This document shows positions 27,457 through 40,760 of a DNA stretch of 64,000 nucleotides, piece after piece. The notes under the pieces are model-generated. The model was given only the letters and a program-made list of their open reading frames with translations. It made no database searches and had not been told where the DNA came from. The stretch comes from Ruditapes philippinarum (taxonomy: Eukaryota): contig NW_026859747.1 in the NCBI RefSeq assembly GCF_026571515.1, forward strand, positions 310,001 through 374,000, written 5' to 3'. The translations under genes and the position numbers were made by a program. Within the stretch, counting starts at the first letter, position 1; each line of letters begins with the position of its first letter.

Positions 27457-28600
27457 TCAAAAATGGTAAAATTATATGAATAGAATGTTTGTACATTTCT
27501 AAGCAGACACCATCAGGTCCAGGCGACCGGTTAGCACGTAAATGGTCTATACTTTGCATTATTTCTAGATCAGATATAGGAACTTAATTTCGTCACAATT
27601 TAAGTAATCACGATTCACATTGACCATGGGTAGCTCATCGAACTATTTGCCCCAGTTACAGGATTCAAGAGTAATTTAAAATAATCATACCATTCATTAC
27701 ATGTTATTAAAGAATCTACATTTTCTTTACTATTACCTTTTTAAGAATATTCCAGAATTGTTTTGCATTTTTCCTGGAATCAACCAACAGCTTCCGTTTA
27801 GCTTTGCAGTGGAAATACTGTTTATTTTTACAAAGTGCTTTAAATTTGTTTTTGGACGTTTTATATTTTATTAAATCATCTCTTTCATTTGAAACCCGGA
27901 ACTGTCTAAGAAAACGGGTTTTATCTCTTTTTAGAGTTTGACATTGGTTATCCCACCATAATGGTTGAGATGTTACGTTTTTGTGGTGTTTACTTTTCAT
28001 ATCATCTGCAGAAACTTTTAAGATATCTAAAAAGTCTGGAAGAAACGAGGATAAAGTTCTATTCTGTGAATTAATACGTATTTCATCAAATTGTTGAAAC
28101 TTGGGCGTAAGTTTATTTATAAAATTTTCTTTAAATTCTGGTTTCCACTTATACTTCAGTCATGGTGACATATTCTCACCAATTTCAAAATTATACTGAT
28201 TATGACTACCTATAGAAGGGAATGAAAAATGGCAAATAATAGGAAAATGTACAGACTCGTCATTATTATAAACTTTGAAATATGTTACATATTTAAACAA
28301 ACTAGTAGTAGCTGCCATATAATCTACAACACTGGCTCCATTATTTGCTAAACAAGTATAGTTACCAGGAATAACATCAAAATATCTTCCATTAAAAACA
28401 TGTATACCAAGTACAACATAATTCAATAAGTGATAATCCAAAACGATTAAACTCTGTATCTTTAGATGATCTAGGCATATTAAAATCATCTTCTGGGTAT
28501 GGTACATCATCACCAAATATAAACAATAGATTATCATCTAACACAAAGTCATTGAAGTTTTTTATACGTGAATTTAAATCTCCCGCCATGTGTAGCTACT
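26581..28600 (-). mobile_element. Truncated non-LTR retrotransposon (LINE; L2/CR1/RTE-X-like) ORF2 with endonuclease and RT
   Basis: APE endonuclease motifs AGDLNSR, ASVVDY and ESVHFPI; RT motifs PIHKKG, NYRGISL, QAGFRKG, DFAKAFD, GTRQG..SP, FADD and YKYLG; several frameshifts. Confidence 0.92.
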
Positions 28601-31600
28601 ATTACAAAATCCGATTACAATCCCACTTTTAAATGGAATATAACAAAAGAGGTTTATTGAAATAAACAATTAATTCATAGTAATGCAAAGGTTTTATTTA
28701 TATTTTTTAAATACTAGAAAATATGTTGTCATTTAAATTGCATGTATTTTCGGAAACATTATTGCAATGCAAGAACAGATTCTGTCCCATTTTTTTGCCA
28801 TAAATTGTATATACGTTTTGGGTTTATAATTTTGTGATGCTATGACAGTCAATTACAGGTATTTTTGTTACCAGACTTGACTTATATGTTTTCCTTTAAC
28901 ACTGGAAACATCCACCATATCAAGCATTACAGCTATATTCGTGATGCAGCCAGTGTTCATAAACAATTTAGCCATAACTTTAGTCGTGCAAGAAATAAGT
29001 AAAACCAGACCATTCTTCTGTGCAAGCACGGAAATATAAAAATCTAACCAAAATGACCACCATTTTAAAATTTGAAATCTAATTGTAAAGATGATGTTAT
29101 TAAAATGAGGTTATGTTTAATATTTAAAAGAAACATTTTCGTCCACCTTAAACAGTGATAAATAAAGACTAAATAAGCAGTTTGAAGATAAACAATTGCA
29201 TATTTTAAGATATTTGCTGTTATCTATGCTGTTATTGTTGTTGCTGTGGTTGTCTTATTTTGGTATGTCACCATAGATATTTTTATTCAGATTCATCATA
29301 AACCCTGTGCTATTGGTGGGTTGCCAAAAGAAATAGTACTAGTGTCTAGCTTTTTTTGGCTATGAGACTGCATCATTTATGATAAAATTTATTGCTAAAC
29401 CGAACAGAATGCAAAGATTTTTAACATTGCAAAGAATATTTGTTCGAAGCTGTGTGTTTATTTCAAATTACAAAAATGTGCATATCAAATAACTAATATT
29501 GAAGTTGATTTAAGTTTGTAAATTATTTAATATGGTGCTAGTTAAATATTTCCTATATGTTAAACCCTAAGCAGAAAAAAAACAGATACAGTAAAAGTAT
29601 GGATGTTAATTATAAAGTTATTTAAACTGCAACTTTATTTCCTGTAGAACACTGTTGTAATCATATATTAAATGAGTAACAAAATTGTTCACTGAATGCA
29701 TATATTTTCTTCAGCTAGTGTTCAGCAATAATAAAATCGCACAAATATTATTTTGTGAACTAACAGTCATTACCGGGACATAAAACAAACAGTGGGGCCA
29801 TTGTTTCATAAACATGACAATGTCAAGCAAACTAAATCTCATATTTGTAAATATATTTTAAATTAATATGCATAAGTTTTATACTGTTAAAAATGAATTA
29901 ATTATATATATATTTCAACAGACATATTAAAACGTGATAAATGTGCCTTAAGCGCTGCTTAAATGGGCAAAAAACACACTATATGTATTTATGAAATAAC
30001 AACAAACTCCGTAGGTTCAATTATTTCATAAGACAATATTTTCAATGCCTCTTGTGTATATAACAAGCCGTATATTTTAATCAACAATAAAATAAATATA
30101 TCAAATGGCCAAATGTCATTCAAAACATGCAAGAACGCTGAATAACAAGGCATTTGTCTAAATAAAAACGCAAGCGTTTCTAACATATTTTCATTTGAAA
30201 GGATTAAAATAAATTTGATGTTCTTATATATACATTTCTTGTCAAACAAATTTTACGAATGAAAATTAAGGTGAAGCTTTAACAATTAAATTGGTTGCCA
30301 TTTTTTCCCTCAAAAATAGTCATTATCGCTTAACATTTTGTAAAGTGGGGAAATGTTGAATTTACCACCTGTTACCAGTTATATAAGTGTTTATTGACTT
30401 GAGACATTCTGGGTTCTCCTGTGTTTGTCTGTTGCCTAAAAGCCAATCGTTTAAATGCGTTTTTTTGTTTTGTTTTGTTTGACAAAATATAAATTAGCTA
30501 ACTTGTGTTACAATATATTAGATATAATATAATTATCAGTTTTGAAACACAATCCATATTTTGTTTAACTTTAATTGTTTTGCTGCTACACAATTGATTT
30601 CAGTTCCTTCTAGATCCTTCTAGTTACATTTAGAAACAGTTAGTATGGTAATATAATCTTTCATGCCAAACAAGAAGAAGTAAAGATGTGTTTAAGATTC
30701 ATTGCCTGTCTTATGCTGCTATTGAATCGTTAAAGGAATTTCCCCTGAGGTTTAATTCCAGATTTGTTTCGAAACTTTGAATATTAAAGTTTATTCCCTG
30801 TCCTTTAACCACTTATAGACAGTTTTATTAATAACTATCTGCTCTGCTGCACACTTTACATATGTAATTTTTAGTTGTAGATTTATGGCTTATAAAACTC
30901 ACCTGGGTTTTCTGGACACCAAAAAAAAACGGGAGTCGATACGAAACATATTTTATTAACGAAATGTAGCTATTTCTTTTTTATGAAATTTATTTAATGT
31001 AGCTTTTAGGCTTTATTCTGTTTTTTTAATATTTCTATTATAGTACATTCATAATTGTTTATGTTGACTGACATAATTTTTTTTTCTTTTACCATTTTAG
31101 CCTTTTCTTGACTTATTTTGTCTAATTTTAACTGAGATTCTCCATTTTTTTTGACAGCAGGTTCTGAATTGTCCAAGTAACTTATATTTAAAAGCCAATT
31201 TCTTTTTGTTGTAAGTTTTAACATTATAAATGCTTCATTGAACATTGTGAAGACATTTGGTCAGTGTCGCATGAAATATTTTTTTAATCCAATTGTTTCC
31301 TACGAGTCATTTATGTTCATATGGTGTTTTAGAAAGCTGTACTTGTGTACAGAGATACTTTCAAACACCAAACAACTTTGCCAGGTTGTCAATTTCATCA
31401 TTAACCTTCTCATCAGAGGTGATGATAATGATTTATTTACAAAGGCAAACATCTATGTCTCTTATCGGACATCATTCCGTTGTAATGAAAAGATAAATCA
31501 AAACTGATACTTTCCTTACATTTAATGTTATTTCTTGTCACATCCAGTTCTTTATTAATCTGTAATATCCTACCCCAACATTTCCAATGTTTAAGCAGCT

Positions 31601-34600
31601 GTTGTAAAAGTCCGTGATCCAACTGACAGGTGTCTTTTATATGCAAGTTTCAAAATTAATCATTTCTTTCCAAGTTCCATTTAGTTAGTTTCGCCCGGGG
31701 AATACGTATTCTTTTACCTCGAGGTTGTATGCCGCTTTTCACAAAATGGCACTTACTTATCATATTGATGGTTCAATGAAAACCGCCGCTTGACCATATC
31801 TGGAGATGATTATTTGTATTCGTAACTATAATTTCATGTTTAATGTTGAATTCGGTTTTGTTTAATCGCTCCCTACACCAATGTTGTTATATTTCCGAAC
31901 CTTAAAGAGCATTCATCTAGCTCTTATATTGCTGGGTAGTTCTTTTGCTTGATTATTTAATTTTAGAGAGAAATGCTATCATAACAAAATGTGCAAATGT
32001 ATTACAATATGAATATGATTTCATCCAAACAAGTACAAATGGCAATGTGTTATTTTAAAATCGGACCTGTCGATATTTTTCTTGTAGACTTAATATTGTT
32101 TATCCTTTAGAAATATTAAAGTGACATTATGCTCATATTTTCATAGTCAAGTTGAGCTGAATTGACTTTATATTTCTAAAGATTGACTGTCAAAATGGTG
32201 TTTGCCCAACAGTTGATATTGGAAAATGTTTAGGATAAAATTATAAATCAGCCTAAAATTGAAAAAAGACTGCCCCACTCTTTTAATAAACTAAGCGTTA
32301 TACGTAAATTTTAACGGATATTTACAGAAATTTCATTTGGATTTGAGTGTTATCTATTGTTTATGTGAACTGAATTATTAAATTAAAAAGATTATGGCAA
32401 AATGAAAACATATTTTGATCTTCACCCGTTCACTCTCTATATACCCCTGGATGGGCATAATGTCACTTTAAGCAAGCAATTAAGATGGCATTTTTATATT
32501 AGATCACGGTGTAAAGAAAGTAAAGTCCCACAAATTTCTTGAAGTTATTTTTGTTTGAACTTCCATTATCAAGTACGTTTTTTTTCCCTCAGAAACATTT
32601 AACGTATAAACAAGATCATGATAATTTTGTTGCATTTCATTTTTATAACATTTGTTTATGGAATGAAATGAAATTATGATAGGAAAAATACAATTATACA
32701 TTATCAACATTATGGAAATTTATTTACCTATTTGTCTCCTTGACGTGAATAAATTCCTTTTAATGTTATAAGTTTAAAGGTTGATTGTCCTTAAGAATTG
32801 TCTATAAAAGAATCAAATGCACGATAAGTTATTTATCAGATTATTGAATCAACCTCACACTTTTTCCTTTTTAATCATTCGTAGAAATATATACAAAGCG
32901 GACATATTTATAGCAAAAAATATTGTTCACCATCATTCAAATATTATTGTTACGTTCTATCGATAATTAATCATAATGTACATAATCGAAACCATAACAG
33001 AAGATAAAGATGTAGGATAAAAGGATGAATAGCAAACATTGACGTAGTGTATTTGCGTAAATGATTGTTAAAATGTATATGCTGTCAATCTCGCCTTAAT
33101 CTTTCTAGTGGCCTGTTAGTTTTATTTTGTATCAACAAAGCATTACAATTATAAGGCAATTGTTGCAATCATGTGAAAATCTAATTATGATAATGAGGAA
33201 TCATTTACAAGTAAATGAATCCACTATGGCAGGTTAAAACATGATGTTTTAGCATGTGGTTATGTTACATTGAATTTGTAATTAATGCCACAATTGTCAG
33301 TATTAAACATGTTAAAGGTTCATTATGCCTCAGAAATGTATCAATTGTATTTCTCACAACCTGTTTTTTTTTGTATCTTGTACAGTTTCTAAAACCATAC
33401 TCATTTGCTATATACATGAACTATCTTTTGTATCTTTAGTATGTTTTTGGTTGTATAATAATAAATAACTATATTGAATTAGTATTTTGTATGGAAGTCA
33501 AAATACTACTTTGCTTACTACATTTTACTACCTTAAGGACTCATAACTGCATGTTCAGCGCTACTTTTTCAGTTGTAAAATATCCAACATGCACATAATC
33601 CACGATTTAGACATTATTAAACACATGTTTGACATTTCTTAAAAATCAAAATAATCGATTTCTTGGCATAATTCGCCTTAAAACAACCATTTAAAATAGA
33701 AAACAACCTAACAGAATAACGTGCACTTGGTATTAAAATTGATGAAGCCTAAAAAGTTTTTATAAGCATGAAAAGATTTAAGCACTAATGGATGTATTAA
33801 AATGCTGATGAAAAATATTTACAGAAATATTTTTCAATTTAAGATAAAAAAAAATTATATCAAAATACAAGAATAATTTTGGATACTTCCTAAAATAATT
33901 GAAATATCAGCAGTGTATATATCTATTGATATACATGTGTAGAGACATAATTAAAATGAGTGCAGGTATCATACTACGTAATGGTTAACTTGAAACGGAT
34001 GTTTAACGCAAATTGTATACAAAAAGCTTTGATACTGTTTGAAAAGGAGACAGCGTAATGATACAGGCTATTTATTCTTCAATAATTCCGTTTTCCTGTT
34101 TATTGATGGCTAAATCTTTACGCGGTCACTTAGGAATTATCAGCTGACGGACATCTCGTCGCCGTCAACAAAAGAAAACTCATACTGTTGATAACTTAAT
34201 CAATTGGGTTACAACAGATTTATATCGTTCTTTCAAAAGCCAATCCTCTCGCCGGTTACTCCTAAGTAATACATGTATAAGGTAATGAGGAAACGAAGAG
34301 GCACGGTCACTTCATTTTCTATAACAGTTTTGTGATACGTACATCTGTTCATGTGGTAAATATAATTTGTATAAATTAATGACCAACAATGTCTTTTCAC
34401 TAAACATATTTATAGTGCAAGTTATGCAAAACGACCATTTGTACAGTAAAAACGATCTTTCTGAATGCATTTAAATTATTTTCTTCACCATACTGTACTT
34501 ATTAAACATATCTTAATGATCATTTTATTCACTTATTCTGACACCATCTTCCGCCAGCAAACTTAGACAGTCAGTATGTTCTTTACAGCGTTGATGGGAT

Positions 34601-34774
34601 CTTACATTTTGTACAAAAATATATTCGTAGTCCTTTTTTTGTAATATGATAAAACATATCTTGATAGCATTGTATTTAGTATCATTTGTTGTGTTACATT
34701 TTAGCAATGCAAATCTGTGTTAAATATTTTTTTTCAACATACGGCATACGTGTAAGTCTCTGATATTGATGGTG

Positions 34775-34950
34775 AACCATATGTGATAAATATTCAGTTG
34801 CGTTGATTGCATTATGATAAACCATATGTGATAAATATTCAGTTGCATCGATTGCATTATGATGAAACATATGTGATAAATATTCAGTTGCATCGATTGC
34901 ATTATGATGAAACATATTGTGACAAATATTCAGTTGCATCGATTGCATTA
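34775..34950. repeat. 45-bp minisatellite, about 4 copies
   Basis: Unit atatgtgataaatattcagttgcatcgattgcattatgatgaaac; explains the HNAIDATEYLS repeat ORFs. Confidence 0.95.
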
Positions 34951-35039
34951 GTGCGTAATTAGAATCGTTCAAAGTTTAAACCAATGGAATGTTATCTTTT
35001 TCTACTGCCTCTGTAGTTTCCAAAATCGTCTTTCCTGTT

Positions 35040-35100
35040 TCGGCGCCATATGGGCTAAATTGTGTGAGTACGGCGTAAAACCAAACAAATAAACAAAAAA
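35040..35100 (+). mobile_element. SINE 3' tail fragment (MetaSINE-like)
   Basis: cgccatatgggctaaattgtgtgagtacggcgtaaaaccaaacaaataaac. Confidence 0.55.
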
Positions 35101-36909
35101 ATAATCACTTGCATTAGTTTTGTTTAATAAATATATCATACATGTTTATAATTAATTGTCATGCAAAAGATTTACTGGTCGTAACTTGAAATAACATAAC
35201 CATTATTAAAGTTTCTGTTCTTATTAATATTAATTATTATGGTATATATCTCTTCACATTAAGTTAAACATTGTATTGCTATGACAGTATAAACTTATTT
35301 TACAATAAGATTTTTGTTATCGATAAGTGAACATATGATTGATAAGGTAGAAAATATCTGTTATATTAAATATTACATAAAATTCATATAACCTAACAAG
35401 ATGAGAACATGTATTAATAGATAAAAGTAACTTTTTATAATCACGTCTTGTTTATGTTAACGTTTAATAGTTGTACATGTATATTGCAGTGTATTTATTG
35501 GATTGATTTTAAATAAAAATAATGCTGTAAAATAATTAATTTTTCTTTAAATTTCTTCTTTTCCAGTGAATGTACATTTCCGGTTTGCTTAACACTGTGC
35601 AATATTTCAGTCACAAGCGAGCTCGAGTTCCAAAGTAAGAGCGCCACCATTCTCTACAAGAGCATTTAAACATTACAGCCAACACAAAAGAACCATATCA
35701 TTGTTATATTGAAACAATATTAAAATGGGTTTGTGGCCACCTTTTATCCTTCCGTGGTCGTAAAAGGCTACAAAATAAACTGATAATAAGCAATATTAGA
35801 CATGTTAATAAATTTAATGTTTAAATAAAGACTTGTAAAGGTGAAATACTAAAATATTCAATCTTAAACGTTTGCAAGATTGTTATAAAATATCAGTATT
35901 TAAATATTTAAAAGCAAATATATAATTAACTACAAAGAAACATAAAGCATGTCTTTCCTTAACATGTTTTTTTTTTCATTTCAAGTTATAGACAACACAA
36001 ATTCAACAAACATACACACATTGAACGTCGAATCTCTTATAAAACGTTGCTACTTATTTTACCAATTTTAACTTATTCTGATAAATAAATTATTAAGTGC
36101 TCATCAAGAAATTTTTATCCGAGAAGGTCACGAAATATAGACAAGGGGTGATGTATATTCCACATGGGGTTTAACTTTTTTCTAGTTTATCAGAGGGGAG
36201 TCATAAATCAAATTATTTCTTGATTTCCACTAAAATACCATACTTTAAATACGGATATTGATATAACTTAAATTTATAGTCTATTATATCGTATCATATT
36301 ATATTATATCATATAATATGATTTATGTTTTACATATTAGTCAAATATCATGGAGGCTTGGGTCATGAACGCTGGATCAAACAAGACTTAGTGGCAAGTT
36401 TCCATTATGTATTATTCATAGCTTTCACTGTAGAACTAGATTGTCCGTGCTAATGATAAGTTGGTCTGATGCATTAGTTGTGACATATTCATTACATGAT
36501 TGTAGTTTGTAAAGTCGGCATCCTTTTGTATTGATTCCCATGTGTACATTGTTTATCTACAAGTCAATGTCCTATTCTATAATTAAGTAAATTTGTTTGC
36601 CATTTGCGCATATAGAGGTTATTGTGAAGTTAATGGTATGCTTTTGAGTGAAAGGACACAATAAATGTCAAAGCAATGATACCATTAAAGTGGACATTCG
36701 TAATTTCAAGCATTTGTCAATTGTTTAAGAACAATTTATCTACTAGAACGAAACGCTACCTCGCATCACAGTGTATCTGAATAAAAAGAAAATTTGATAA
36801 AAACTTAGTTGATTACAGAGTATATGGCATAACAACATACGCTTTATATCGATACCGTCAATCAAACTGACCCTGCAATATTTTCATTTTTTTTTTCGTT
36901 TTGGGAATT

Positions 36910-37320
36910 CGTTTTGTGTCGCCTGGTACAGAGAAGCGACATATAGGAATCGCTTCTCCGTTGTATGTCTGTCCGTAATGTCTATTCATTTGTTAGTCTG
37001 TCACAAATTTGTCCGGACTACTCCTGAAAAGCTACTGGTGCAATTGCATCCAAACTTTACAGAAATGACAAGTACCAAATCTTATTGTTCATATTGGGGC
37101 CATGTCCTGTTTAATGTTTCGTTACAGTTATTGTCCTTTACTATTTTTCGAAGATTGTTTGGATTACTTTTGTAAAATTAGACTTATGCAATTTGAATGA
37201 AACTTGACAGGATTGATTTGTTCCTCAAGTACGTCCGCATATTTACCGGGTTTTCCAATTGAATGTTTTTTTTTTGTTTTTGTGTTTTTTTGTTGGTTTT
37301 TGGTCGAGTTATTATGTTTT
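36910..37320 (+). mobile_element. HINE/pearl-like non-autonomous Helentron-type element
   Basis: Small 5' inverted repeat (tgtcgc..gcgaca), gtct/gtcc microsatellite, and core tgtccggactactcct shared in reverse with 42435-42960. Confidence 0.6.
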
Positions 37321-37437
37321 ACGATCAGCGAAGAAACTTGAACTTAATCTGTTACTAAACTTTTATGTTATTGGATTTAGATTGAACGTTCACTAATGTA
37401 TATCTTATTGAATAATTAACGAGTTAAGATGAATTAA

Positions 37438-38220
37438 GGTATTACGACCCTAATGGGCACTATAAGGAACTAAAAAATTGACATCACAGGTCAGATATAT
37501 ACCTTAAAGTACACCTGTATGCAAAATTTAAACAAAGTTTACCAAACGGAAATCAAGTTATGGCCACTTTTCTGAACTCAAGCTAGGATGTAATGAGGGC
37601 CCTTTTTTAGAAATGAGGAACCTTTAGATAATCTGCAATAACATTCTAATGAAAAATGTTTTCCCATTAATTTTTGGTAAGAAACAAAAAGTACCATTCA
37701 GCTATCAATCCACATAAGCAAAATTATGGTTTCTACTTAAAATTTATGAAATCTGTATAAAAATGTTACCCTACCCCACCCATTTTTACCACGTGTCTGA
37801 CCATTTTCCTACTAAGGGAGCATAATTTAAAAAATCCTTAAAATTTACCCAAATGAGTGCCTGTTTTCAAAGTTTCCCTAAATTTTTTAAGAAGTATATT
37901 GGTTGATCTTGTAAAATATGATATACTTTTACCGTCTAGTTTTGATTTTATTACACTTTGAAAATATCAAATACCATATTTATTACTAGATTTAGCCAAT
38001 ATATACCTATATAAATTAAAAAATCAAAATTAAACACTTTTTTCTTTCCAAATGGGACATGAGAGATACATAAATAATGTTAAAAGAAAAAAAGAAAGAA
38101 AAAAAAGTTGACCCTTCTGGGGATTGAATCCACGGCCCTCATTTTCAATGTAGTTAACAGTAGTTCTAGCCTATTTGAATACTCTTCAAAGCGGAGGTAA
38201 TGCAATAGGATGGTAATACA
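37438..38220. mobile_element. Kolobok-type MITE, 783 bp
   Basis: TTAA|ggtattacgaccctaatg ... caataggatggtaataca|TTAA (14/18 TIR match, TTAA on both sides). Confidence 0.75.
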
Positions 38221-38566
38221 TTAAGTACTTTTATCTACAAATATTGTCGAGATATTCTTTAATGAGTGAGAAAAAATATTCAGTTGTAAATATTTTCACC
38301 TGGCATTATAATTATGATTTCTGCCAAGTCTAGATTTTAATGTCTGAATGTTAATTCTTGTTCTTTATGGAGAATTTATCTCCGTAATTAGTCATTTTGT
38401 CATTAAAGATACTAAAAAGATAACTGAATATTAAATAAAGATGATCCCTGTATCGTTTTACTAAGCAATTAGAAACAATAATATCTGCTTTTCCAGTCTT
38501 ACAGTAATACAATCGTATTTGTTGTCCATTTACTAGGTGCCAATCGTTTGTTAATTTAAAACTTAA

Positions 38567-38922
38567 AGTGGCTCCACTGAGGTTTTTTTAGACATGATGG
38601 AACTGAAAATATTTTTCCAGATAATTGTACCATTTGATGTAGGTTCAGACCACTAATCTTTGTGCAAAATTACAGATCATTCGCGCACTTTGTTTTCCAG
38701 AATAATTATTCAAATTGTAAAAAAATGACCCAAAATGAAAAGCGTTTGAACGCTTTTCACTCAAATCGGGCTAAGAAAAGCATAAAAATACGATTTTCAA
38801 TTTATTTCAAAGTATATTTCTTAATTATCTTTGCATATATTTCTGTTTAAAGTGCCCCAGCTCATTTATGTAAGAAATTCCAATGTTATGTTTTTAGGCT
38901 TTTAAACCTCAGTGGAGTCCCT
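38567..38922. mobile_element. Kolobok-type MITE, 356 bp
   Basis: TTAA|agtggctccactgaggttt ... aaacctcagtggagtccct|TTAA. Confidence 0.85.
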
Positions 38923-39089
38923 TTAAATGATGTCATGACTTTAAAGCAGCATACCTCCATATTCATGCAAATTTTGAATAAAAGTTTGAAAATGTTTTCA
39001 GAAATATAATAATGTGAAGTAAATAAAAAGTAAAACAAGAAAAACGGCACTATCAACCAAAGCAAATTAAAAAAAATGATCAAAATATA

Positions 39090-39490
39090 CAAGAACTGCG
39101 TAAGTCATGAAGTCATAGTCATATAATGATAAATACTGCAAATTAAAGCAATCATTTTAAATAATCGCACATAACATGAAAATATTACTTGAAGCTTTGA
39201 CTTTCTTTAAAAATATAAGTACATGTTGCCCAAGTTTGATTTTCGTTAACTATTTTGACTCATCTGGAGGCATGAAGCATTAAGCATTACTATACAAAGC
39301 ATATTGAGAAAAAAATTAAATCTCAACCGCACATGCTGAACGATATACCTGTAATTTTTGTTGTCTCTAACTTTAGCACTTTTAGAGCTACATGCAACAC
39401 AATATGAGAACCAACGTACGCATGCACGAACGGACGAAATGACTGACAAGGGCAAATCTAAATCTCCTCAACCTTTAGTGGGGGACACAA
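39090..39490 (-). mobile_element. HINE/pearl-like element fragment
   Basis: acgc/acgg microsatellite followed by gacaagggcaaatctaaat...gtgggggacacaa, a typical HINE end. Confidence 0.5.
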
Positions 39491-40204
39491 TCAATCAAGT
39501 CATTTATGTCATATATGAATCGAATTCTGTTACATTTTTGACTATTATAGTACAAAACAGAAATAGTTGTTCAATCTTTTGAATCTTTGTTTGGTAAATA
39601 GTTTTGATTAGACGATTTTACTGAAAGATCTTACGTTTCTAAACAAGGAACAAGAATAAAAACCAAGCTCTATGTTATAATATACTTTAAATCTAAATAT
39701 TTTTAGTAATGCGTATTCATTTATTGTCTTTCATTTCATTCATTTGAATTATATATATACAGCAGCTTTAAAAGCTTGTAATTTAAAAAATTTACGAAAC
39801 TGCTGGAGGAAATACCAACCCATACTAAATCAGTCCCATATATACATTAAAAGTGTTGTCTTTCCGCGTGGAATATAATATTACGTTTTTCTAAATAAAT
39901 GTATGAGAACTTATCAGAACAATTTTAATTACAGTAAATGACTGCTGTTATTTATATGTAATATCAAGTTAACAGATATAGCGTTTTCACATATTTATCA
40001 TATTCCAAAGCCTTTGTATTAAGCACATACTGAACCAGTTTATAACCACTGTGGCGTCTTTTTATTGCTTTTACAAGACGACCTCAAACTTTGTTCCATT
40101 TTTGTATGTTTTAAATGCATGTGAGATGGTAAAATATTATAGGGTTAAATTGATAACAATTGGAGGACTGAAAGAAATAACATGTTTAAATGTTTCATGC
40201 GAAA

Positions 40205-40462
40205 CCTTTTTGGTGTGGATTTAAGTCATAACAAAACAGTAAAAGTCAGTCATATGGCGACTTTGCATCTAACTGTTCAGAAAGGAGCTCAACTACCCAT
40301 CTTTGTATTACTTCAGGCACGAACGAGAACCTAAGTAGAACCACCGAAGTCTCCTAGGCTTGCTGGATATCTGCCCCGCAAAGAATCAAAAGGTCGTCCC
40401 TGGTGGACTTTGAACCTATAGGGTTAGAGGCAAGTGGTTATAAGTCACACAATGGACACTCG
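40205..40462 (-). mobile_element. tRNA-derived SINE (MetaSINE-like), decayed
   Basis: gtcatatggcgactt tail, body homologous to 5860-6098, degenerate A and B boxes. Confidence 0.7.
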
Positions 40463-40532
40463 GAAATGTATTAACTTTTTCAAAGATAGCCATTGAGTAT
40501 CATAGCAAAACATTAACTGCTACAATATTTTT

Positions 40533-40760
40533 GTTTGGAACATTTTTAAACATATTGTCACTGTTGACTTCATATATTTCGTTTGGAACACTTTAAATCT
40601 ATCTTAAGTGTTGACTTCAAATATTTCGGTTTGAACAACTTTTAATCTATTTAAATTGTTGACTTCAAATATTTCGTTTGGAACACTTTTAGCTTATATT
40701 TGTAATTGTTGACTTCAACTATTTCGATTGGAACACTTTTAAACTATTGTAATTGTTGCC
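40533..40760. repeat. ~48-bp minisatellite, about 5 copies
   Basis: Conserved tgttgacttcaaatatttcgtttggaaca plus a variable AT-rich 18-21 bp part. Confidence 0.9.

Noticed and set aside
34694-34972. Repeat-peptide ORFs (HNAIDATEYLS)n
   Set aside because: By-product of the 45-bp minisatellite
40533-40760. CRISPR-like repeat-spacer array
   Set aside because: The spacers are short, AT-rich and homologous to each other; there are no cas genes; the context is eukaryotic and intron-containing
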